A stretch of 31,218 bases of DNA from positions 1 to 31,218 of the forward strand of contig JAZNEE010000122.1 in NCBI GenBank assembly GCA_045588405.1, read 5' to 3'. Position 1 is the first letter of the stretch; every line of letters begins with the position of its first letter. A model generated the notes under the pieces. The model saw only the letters and a program-made list of their open reading frames with translations. It ran no database searches and was not told the DNA's origin. Positions 8,560 through 15,267 of the stretch are shown piece after piece. This DNA comes from Acutalibacteraceae bacterium (GTDB lineage: Bacteria > Bacillota > Clostridia > Oscillospirales > Acutalibacteraceae). Position numbers and translations under genes: made by a program.

Positions 8560-10665
8560 TCACTTTACAAGTCTCGGAACCTGCCAGCTGTCTTCGGTGC
8601 TTTGAGGCGCACCTTTAAGCAGGTCTTCACGGGCAAAGGGTTGCTCGCGTTTATCGTCACGAAGAATATTGGTCATAGGCAAAACGTGAACCATAACGTC
8701 TTTACCCTCGGTATCAACCTTGCCCATTTCATCTTCTTTGTTTTTCATTGCTTTGAAGATTTCCTTCATAGCGGTTTCTTCTTCGGCAGTGAATTTAAGT
8801 TCGTTTACCTGCTGAAGTCCTTTAAGTTTATCCTTGCCACCCGAGGTTACACCTGCTGCAGCCTTAACGGTTTCGGCAAAAGCGTCTGCATCGCCACCCT
8901 CAACACCGATGGTAGCGCCTTGCTTACCTCTAACCTGAACGTTGGCTTCAAAGAGCTGAAGCTCGGTAACTTCACTCGGAGCGCCAAGCAACTGGTCCTG
9001 TGCAGTTCCGTCAAGCGGGAATGCAATAACGTCACGAATGGTTTCGGTATCGGCAAGAAGCATAACAATTCGGTCAACACCGGGTGCCATACCTGCATGA
9101 GGCGGTGCACCAAACTGGAACGCATTATAAAGTGCGCTGAATCTACGTTCAACCTCATCCTCAGAATAGCCTGCTATTTCAAAAGCTTTTCTCATGATTT
9201 CGGGGCTGTGGTTTCTAACAGCACCGGATGCAAGCTCAATACCGTTACATACAAGGTCGTACTGATATGCAAGGATTGTGGTTGGGTCTTTTGTGAGCAA
9301 AGCTTCAAGACCACCCTGAGGCATTGAGAACGGGTTGTGAGTGAATATAATGCTATCGGTAGCTTCGTCGAGCTCATACATCGGGAAGTCAACAACAAAG
9401 CAGAACTCGAACGAATCTTTATTAATAAGACCAAGCTCGTTACCAAGCCAGGTGCGGATAACACCTGCATTTTTATCGGCGGTGTTGGAAGAAGTGTCGC
9501 AAATGAAGAAGATGGTCTCGCCTTCTTTAAGTCCTGTGAGAAGCGCGATTTCCTTCTTCTGTTCCTCGGTCATAACCTTGGTGATGGGGTCATCTTTAAA
9601 CTTGTAACCGTCGGCTTCAAGCAAGGTGATATGAGCAAGACCTGCCATTTTAGCCTGCTTGGTTGCAAACTCCAAAGACTTATCGAAGAACCATCTTTCA
9701 GCCTTACAAGGAGCCACGATACCGCGAACAAACTTGTTTTTAAAGGGCTTGAACTCAACCCTTGTGAACATCTCGGTCAAATCGCAGATGATAAGCGGGT
9801 TGCGAAGGTCGGGCTTATCTGAACCGTATTTTGCCATACTTTCAGCATAAGGAATGCGTCTGAACGGCGAAGCGGTAACAGGTTTATCAGAGAAGGTGCG
9901 GAAAACGTTGCTTACAACGTCCTCACAAATCTGCAAAACCTCGTCTTGGGTTGAAAAAGCCATTTCAAAGTCGAGCTGATAGAATTCACCGGGTGAACGG
10001 TCAGCACGAGCGTCCTCATCACGGAAGCAGGGTGCAATCTGGTAATATTTATCAAAGCCCGAAACCATAAGCAACTGTTTGAACTGCTGAGGTGCCTGGG
10101 GAAGCGCATAGAACTTGCCGGGATGCTTACGGCTGGGAACGAGGAAGTCACGAGCACCTTCGGGTGAAGATGCGGTGAGGATAGGAGTTTGAATATCAAG
10201 GAATCCTCTTTCCTCCATGAGCTTTCTCATGTGTCCGATAACCTTCGAACGAAGAATAATGTTATTATGAAGTGCAGGGTTTCTAAGATCCAAGAAACGG
10301 TGCTTTAAACGAATGTTTTCGTTGGTGTCGGTTGCGCCGATTTCAAAAGGCAAGTCACGAGTACAGGTGCCCAAAATCTCAGCTTTATCGGCAACAAGCT
10401 CAACAAGACCCGTTTCAATTCTTGCGTTTACGGTGTCGGGGTCACGCTCGGTGACAACACCCGAAACCGACAAAACGGTCTCCTTACCTACTCCTTTAAG
10501 CAAGTTTTCGTCGTGGAAAACGACCTGGGTCACACCGGTTTCGTCACGAAGATCTACGAAAAGTACGCCGCCGTGGTCACGAATAACGTCTACCCAACCG
10601 GCAAGCTGAACATTAGCTCCGATGTGTTCCTTTCTTATTTCATTGCAACGATGAGTTCTATACAT
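8560..10665 (-). CDS. aspS: Aspartate-tRNA ligase (probably non-discriminating) fused at its C-terminus to a GatC-like domain
   Basis: YRTHRC, RDHGG, RLKHRFLDLR, PEGARDF, ALPQAPQ, QIAPCFRDEDARADR, GAPPHAG. The last ~88 aa resemble GatC (DTEG..VHVLPMTNILRDD..REDLLKGAP..WQVPRLV). Start ATG 10665 with GGAGG RBS. Confidence 0.93.
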   Translation of the reverse strand: MYRTHRCNEIRKEHIGANVQLAGWVDVIRDHGGVLFVDLRDETGVTQVVFHDENLLKGVGKETVLSVSGVVTERDPDTVNARIETGLVELVADKAEILGTCTRDLPFEIGATDTNENIRLKHRFLDLRNPALHNNIILRSKVIGHMRKLMEERGFLDIQTPILTASSPEGARDFLVPSRKHPGKFYALPQAPQQFKQLLMVSGFDKYYQIAPCFRDEDARADRSPGEFYQLDFEMAFSTQDEVLQICEDVVSNVFRTFSDKPVTASPFRRIPYAESMAKYGSDKPDLRNPLIICDLTEMFTRVEFKPFKNKFVRGIVAPCKAERWFFDKSLEFATKQAKMAGLAHITLLEADGYKFKDDPITKVMTEEQKKEIALLTGLKEGETIFFICDTSSNTADKNAGVIRTWLGNELGLINKDSFEFCFVVDFPMYELDEATDSIIFTHNPFSMPQGGLEALLTKDPTTILAYQYDLVCNGIELASGAVRNHSPEIMRKAFEIAGYSEDEVERRFSALYNAFQFGAPPHAGMAPGVDRIVMLLADTETIRDVIAFPLDGTAQDQLLGAPSEVTELQLFEANVQVRGKQGATIGVEGGDADAFAETVKAAAGVTSGGKDKLKGLQQVNELKFTAEEETAMKEIFKAMKNKEDEMGKVDTEGKDVMVHVLPMTNILRDDKREQPFAREDLLKGAPQSTEDSWQVPRLVK

Positions 10666-10704
10666 TTTATTACCTCCAATTGTGTTGCATAAATTACTGT
10701 GAAT

Positions 10705-10920
10705 AAACAAAAACGTCCCGAGAATCTTTACGATTCCCGGGACGAGTATAAACCCGCGGTGCCACCCGTTTTGACGCCCAAAACAAGACGTCCTCTTTTA
10801 ATATTCAATTCCAAGTGGTCAAACGAAGTGTTGCCGAACTTACTACTCACTTTAAGCACGCTTTCAGCCGGTGACATGCTCTCTCTTTCAAGTTTTCCTG
10901 GAAAGTCGGGTCTTCATCGG
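10705..10920 (-). promoter_or_regulatory. T-box riboswitch leader of the aspS-gatC/gatA/gatB operon
   Basis: Minus strand shows an AGAGA-like box (AAAGAGAGAG), GCTGAA motif, T-box AACGGGTGGCACCGCGG (about 10770-10754) and terminator CGTCCCGGGAATC-GTAAA-GATTCTCGGGACG-TTTTTGTTT (about 10745-10705). Confidence 0.92.
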
Positions 10921-10924
10921 GTAG

Positions 10925-10953
10925 ATTATATCAAACATTTAAAAATTTGTCAA
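10925..10953 (-). promoter_or_regulatory. Consensus sigma-A promoter of the T-box leader
   Basis: TTGACA (10953-10948), 17 nt, TATAAT (10930-10925). Confidence 0.88.
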
Positions 10954-10960
10954 TACATTT

Positions 10961-12097
10961 TTAAATGAGCTCTTTTGCCAAAGCCTTTATCTGCTCTTTT
11001 GACTGCTCGTTTAATGCCGAGCGAACAGTTACGGTTGTTTCGGCAAAAGTGATTTCTTTACTGTTTTCAAAGTGTTTTTTAATGATTTTAGCAGCTTGAG
11101 GTGCCCAGGTTCCGTTTTCAATAATACCTATAAAACGGTTGCGATAGCCTCTTTCGACAAGCTCGTGAACAAACTCGCGCATAAAGGGGAAAATATCGCC
11201 GTTATAGGTGGTGGTTGCAAGCACTATTTTGCCGTAACGGAAGGCATCTTCAACACATTCTGCCATATCTGAGCGTGCCAAATCGTTGACAACAACCTTA
11301 GGACATCCCAAAGCCTTTAACTCACCTTCCAAAACTTCGACAGCAGCCTTTGTGTTGCCATAGACCGAGGTGTAGCAAATAGCAACACCTTCGCTCTCAA
11401 CACCATAGCTCGACCAGGTGTTATAAAGGTCAAGATAATAGCCCAGATTTTCGCTCAAAACAGGTCCGTGAAGCGGATAGATGGTGTTGATTTCCAAAGC
11501 GGCAGCTTTTTTAAGCACGTTTTGAACCTGAACACCGTATTTTCCAACAATGCCGATATAATATCTTCTTGCCTCGCAAGCCCAATCCTCATCGACATCC
11601 AAAGCGCCGAATTTTCCGAAAGCATCGGCAGAAAACAATGCTTTTTCGTTAGAATCATAGGTCATCATAACCTCGGGCCAATGAACCATGGGTGCCAAAA
11701 CGAAGGTAAGCTGGTGACCGCCAAGATCCAAAGTATCTCCCTCTTTTACAACAAGCCTGCGATCGGCATAATCGGTGCCGAAAAATGCACTCATCATATT
11801 GAAAGCCTTATCGGTTGCAACGATGGTTGCCTTAGGGTATTTTAAGGCAAAATTATGCACGTTGGCCGAATGGTCAGGCTCCATATGTTGAACGACAAGG
11901 TAATCGGGGGCTTTGCCCTCTAACGCTTTATCAATATTGGAAAGCCACTCGTCGCCAAACTTTTTATCAACCGAGTCCATAATTGCGATTTTGTCACCAA
12001 TCACCGCATAAGAATTATATGCCATTCCGTTAGGAACGATGTATTGACCTTCGAAAAGGTCGATCTCGTGGTCATTTACACCGACATATTTTATCAT
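10961..12097 (-). CDS. Flavodiiron protein (FprA family; metallo-beta-lactamase-like plus flavodoxin domains)
   Basis: HMEPDH, PMVHWPE, DAFG, PLHG, and flavodoxin-like YTSVYGNT. Start at ATG 12097 (GTG 12106 is an alternative). Confidence 0.9.
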   Translation of the reverse strand: MIKYVGVNDHEIDLFEGQYIVPNGMAYNSYAVIGDKIAIMDSVDKKFGDEWLSNIDKALEGKAPDYLVVQHMEPDHSANVHNFALKYPKATIVATDKAFNMMSAFFGTDYADRRLVVKEGDTLDLGGHQLTFVLAPMVHWPEVMMTYDSNEKALFSADAFGKFGALDVDEDWACEARRYYIGIVGKYGVQVQNVLKKAAALEINTIYPLHGPVLSENLGYYLDLYNTWSSYGVESEGVAICYTSVYGNTKAAVEVLEGELKALGCPKVVVNDLARSDMAECVEDAFRYGKIVLATTTYNGDIFPFMREFVHELVERGYRNRFIGIIENGTWAPQAAKIIKKHFENSKEITFAETTVTVRSALNEQSKEQIKALAKELI

Positions 12098-12118
12098 AGA
12101 AAACACTTCCTTTTATAT

Positions 12119-12907
12119 TTATCCCAAAACTGTATCAAATATTAGCATTAAACAAAAACCAACAAGCAAAGCATAGGTTGCGGCTCGTTCACTTCCGTGC
12201 GCGTGGGTTTCGAGCAACATTTCATCACTGATAACGTAAAGCATTGTGCCACCGGCAAAAGCCAAAGCAAAAGGCAAAATTGCAGTTGTCAAAGTTACGG
12301 CAAAGTAGCCGAGCAAGGTTCCGACAACCTCAACCATTCCCGTTGCAGCGGCGATGAGTAGTGTTTTTTTCTTGCTCATTCCAAGACCTATCATCGGTGC
12401 AATTATAACCATACCTTCAGGAACGTTTTGCAAAGCGATACCGCTTGCAACAACCAAAGCCTCGGAAACGTTGCCCGTTCCAAAACCAACACCTGCAGCA
12501 AGACCTTCGGGCAGATTGTGAATGCCGATTGCAATGACGAAAAGCAGGGTTTTATTCATCTGGCTTTGCTTTTCGGGGTGTTTTTCTTCATTAGTTCCCG
12601 CAATATTGTGAAGATGCGGAACAATTTTATCGATTACGTTTATACACAATGCGCCACAGAACATACCGATTATTGTAATGGCAATACCCCAGTTTGCATT
12701 AAGGCCCCAAAGCATGGCCCTTTCGGCGGCATAGTCAACCGAAGGCAGAATAAGACCGATGACCGATGCGGCAAGCATAACACCTGCGGCAAACGACAGC
12801 ACAATATCGCTGAACTTATGGCTGATATTTTTAAAAATAAATCCTAAAACGGCACCTATCAGGGTTGCACCACCGACACCAAGAGCCGTTAATAATACCA
12901 TTTGCAA
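12119..12907 (-). CDS. ZIP-family divalent metal transporter (ZupT/GufA-like)
   Basis: SFAAGVMLAAS, IGIHNLPEGLAAG, IALQNVPEG and multiple TM segments. Start at TTG 12907 or ATG 12901 behind a GGGGGA RBS. Confidence 0.9.
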   Translation of the reverse strand: MQMVLLTALGVGGATLIGAVLGFIFKNISHKFSDIVLSFAAGVMLAASVIGLILPSVDYAAERAMLWGLNANWGIAITIIGMFCGALCINVIDKIVPHLHNIAGTNEEKHPEKQSQMNKTLLFVIAIGIHNLPEGLAAGVGFGTGNVSEALVVASGIALQNVPEGMVIIAPMIGLGMSKKKTLLIAAATGMVEVVGTLLGYFAVTLTTAILPFALAFAGGTMLYVISDEMLLETHAHGSERAATYALLVGFCLMLIFDTVLG

Positions 12908-13014
12908 GAAAATTCCCCCATTCGTGTTATATATTATCATATTGCACCAAAAAATTAAAGAGGTAAATTTTTAGTTTTAAATATATTTTGTGGGTTAAAC
13001 ACCCAGGGTCAAAA

Positions 13015-13052
13015 CAAAAACGACCTTGGGAACAAAATTCCCAAGGCTGTTT
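13015..13052 (-). terminator. Intrinsic terminator after greA-like gene
   Basis: 9-bp stem ccttgggaa (13024-13032) / ttcccaagg (13038-13046), followed by a T-rich run on the minus strand. Confidence 0.75.
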
Positions 13053-13056
13053 TAAA

Positions 13057-13557
13057 TCAATATGATAAAAGAGGTGCCGAGCCGTCGTCCTCACCTTTTT
13101 TGATGCTTTTTACGGTTACGGTATAGCGGTCACCGTCGGAATCAACCTTAACGGTATCTCCCACCTTTTTGCCGAGCAATGCCGAGCCCAAAGGCGATTC
13201 TTTACTTATTCTGCCTTCAAGCGGATTTGTGCGCACGGTTGTGACGATCTGCACCGTATCGACGTCACCCTCTTCAACAAACAAAAGCTCAACAAGGTCA
13301 TAAAGCCCTATTTCATCCTCGGCAGAGCTATCCTCAATAACAGTGGCGGTTTTAATCATTTTTTCAAGATATCTTATACGACCTTTGTTGCGATTGAGCG
13401 CTTGCTTGGCGGCTTTATATTCAAAATTTTCGCTAAGGTCACCATAAGAACGAGTCAACTGAACCTCGGCAATCTGTTCAGGCATAAGCACCAGTTTGCG
13501 GTGGTCAAGCTCCTCTTTCATTTTCTTAATATCAAGACTTGTAAGTTCGTTATTCAT
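13057..13557 (-). CDS. greA: GreA/GreB-family transcription elongation factor
   Basis: GDLSENFEY with the acidic D/E pair retained, and ISKESPLGSALLGKKVGD. Confidence 0.85.
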   Translation of the reverse strand: MNNELTSLDIKKMKEELDHRKLVLMPEQIAEVQLTRSYGDLSENFEYKAAKQALNRNKGRIRYLEKMIKTATVIEDSSAEDEIGLYDLVELLFVEEGDVDTVQIVTTVRTNPLEGRISKESPLGSALLGKKVGDTVKVDSDGDRYTVTVKSIKKGEDDGSAPLLSY

Positions 13558-13596
13558 AACAAAATACCCTTTGAAATTTATTTTATTTACCTGTTG

Positions 13597-13625
13597 ATTT
13601 TAATACGATTAAGTGTCAAAGTCAA
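13597..13625 (-). promoter_or_regulatory. Putative sigma-A promoter of greA-like gene
   Basis: TTGACT, 17 nt, TAAAAT. Confidence 0.6.
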
Positions 13626-13667
13626 TGATATTAAATGCTTTTGCCGAAAAACAAACTGAATTTATGC

Positions 13668-13696
13668 TTTACATAAAGCCAAAAATATGGTATAAT
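13668..13696 (+). promoter_or_regulatory. Putative sigma-A promoter with extended -10
   Basis: TTTACA (13668-13673), 17 nt ending in TGG, TATAAT (13691-13696). Confidence 0.7.
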
Positions 13697-13738
13697 ACGA
13701 AAAACTTGAAACTAACGCATGAAAATGGAGTGATATAT

Positions 13739-14023
13739 ATGGCAGAATTTTTAACCTATAAAAATAAACCCTTGGTAAGAAAGGGCGACACCCTTTATTA
13801 CGGCGACACCGCAGAGAAGCATATTATTATGCTTAAAATTCTCACCACAAAGGATATGGGTGGCGCTAAAATTGCCGACAAGGTTTCGGTACAGCTCATT
13901 CTTTCGGACCCTGACGCAAACGCTAAGGATAAGGTTGTTAAATCGACCGAAAAGAACGGCCTTTACAACGCTATCGACATCGGCGCTATTTGGCTTGAAC
14001 GTGCCCTTAACGGAAAAACCTGA
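13739..14023 (+). CDS. Small hypothetical protein (94 aa)
   Basis: MAEFLTYKNKPLVRKGDTLYYG...; GGAG RBS before ATG 13739, with its own promoter and terminator. The ORF-track start at 13613 overlaps promoter elements and is unlikely. Confidence 0.75.
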   Translation: MAEFLTYKNKPLVRKGDTLYYGDTAEKHIIMLKILTTKDMGGAKIADKVSVQLILSDPDANAKDKVVKSTEKNGLYNAIDIGAIWLERALNGKT

Positions 14024-14033
14024 TATTAAACAC

Positions 14034-14072
14034 AAAAATCCCTGCTTTGAAATTCAAAGCTGTGATTTTTTT
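14034..14072. terminator. Probable bidirectional terminator between convergent genes
   Basis: gctttgaa (14044-14051) / ttcaaagc (14053-14060) with outer aaaatc/gatttt pairing and A and T tracts on both sides. Confidence 0.65.
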
Positions 14073-15267
14073 ATTGTTTTAATTCGTTTTCGGCAACGCC
14101 TACACCCGAAGCGATAAGCATTATTATCAAGCCGGGCTGAATCCATATCATTGCAGTATCCATAAGTCCGTGAAGCGCAACCGAAATGGCCAATGCACAA
14201 GCAAATGTTACGATAACATAACTTTGATTACGCTTTTTAAGTCCTTCTCGGCAATCAAGCACCGATTTTATAAGGCTTAGGAAAAATCCTCCGAGCAACA
14301 ACATACCCACAACTCCGTAAGAAAGAAGTCCATCAATAAACAAGTTGTGTGACAACATTGCGCGATAAAGTTCGGGTCTTTCTCCTACCATTTGGTTATA
14401 AAGGAAATTATAAGAAGCATAGCCACGACCGAAAATAGGCGCTTCCTTTATTTGCTCAATGGCAAAGGTCCAAATTGAAACTCGGTTTTCGGTAGTTGCA
14501 GTAAGCTCACCAAGTCTTGGTAAAATTTGCGGAGCCAAAACAATGGCCAAAACACCAAAAGTAACAACACCCAAGAATATTAAAAGCAGCTTATACTTAT
14601 GGTTCAAAACAAGCAGAATAACAATGCCGATAAACACAATCACCCACATCATCATACTGCCGCAAAGGTAAAGGCTAACAGCATTTAAAACAGCGGCGAT
14701 ATAATATATGTAGACATTTTTTTTGACCACAATGGCTTTATATGCACAGATTAAGATAATATATACTATCGCAACGCCAAAACAGTTTGCGTTGACCGAA
14801 AAGCACTGGCAACGATAACCGGGAACATTGCGGTTGACGATTTTTTGAATAATGCAAACAACCGTCGATAAACATCCGCCTATGCAAAGACAATCAAGCA
14901 TGCGGTCGAAAAACTCAGCGTTGGCAAGCGACCTTGCAACAAAATAGATTATTACCATAAATGCTACAAGCACGCCAATCAATGCGCCGAGGTAGTTCTT
15001 ATGATATATTGCAACACCGGTGGTGAGCAAAGTGAAAAGGCCGAAATAAATGGTGCCTTTATGGATTAATATTTTTTCTCTAATCCCCGGCAGAATGCAA
15101 AACGTAATGGCGGTAAGCGCCACAACACCTATGGCAATATAAAGGTCCAAAAAGGTGGACATAACCGCCACGATTATCATATTTCTTGCAAATTTAGTTG
15201 TTGCATCATCTTTCGGTGGAGCTTTGGGGTCGGTTGATCGGTTATACCTTTTAAAAACAGTACCCAT
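14071..15267 (-). CDS. O-antigen ligase (Wzy_C)-like membrane protein
   Basis: Many TM segments, ENRVSIWTFAIEQIKEAPIFGRG, and SHNLFIDGLLSYGVVG (R..W, GxG and HN motifs). TAATG overlap with the upstream gene. Confidence 0.8.
   Translation of the reverse strand: MGTVFKRYNRSTDPKAPPKDDATTKFARNMIIVAVMSTFLDLYIAIGVVALTAITFCILPGIREKILIHKGTIYFGLFTLLTTGVAIYHKNYLGALIGVLVAFMVIIYFVARSLANAEFFDRMLDCLCIGGCLSTVVCIIQKIVNRNVPGYRCQCFSVNANCFGVAIVYIILICAYKAIVVKKNVYIYYIAAVLNAVSLYLCGSMMMWVIVFIGIVILLVLNHKYKLLLIFLGVVTFGVLAIVLAPQILPRLGELTATTENRVSIWTFAIEQIKEAPIFGRGYASYNFLYNQMVGERPELYRAMLSHNLFIDGLLSYGVVGMLLLGGFFLSLIKSVLDCREGLKKRNQSYVIVTFACALAISVALHGLMDTAMIWIQPGLIIMLIASGVGVAENELKQ

Noticed and set aside
13057-13557. GreA motif variant GDLSENFEY as a possible inactive or Gfh-like factor
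   Set aside because: Both acidic tip residues are retained, so there is no evidence for altered function.
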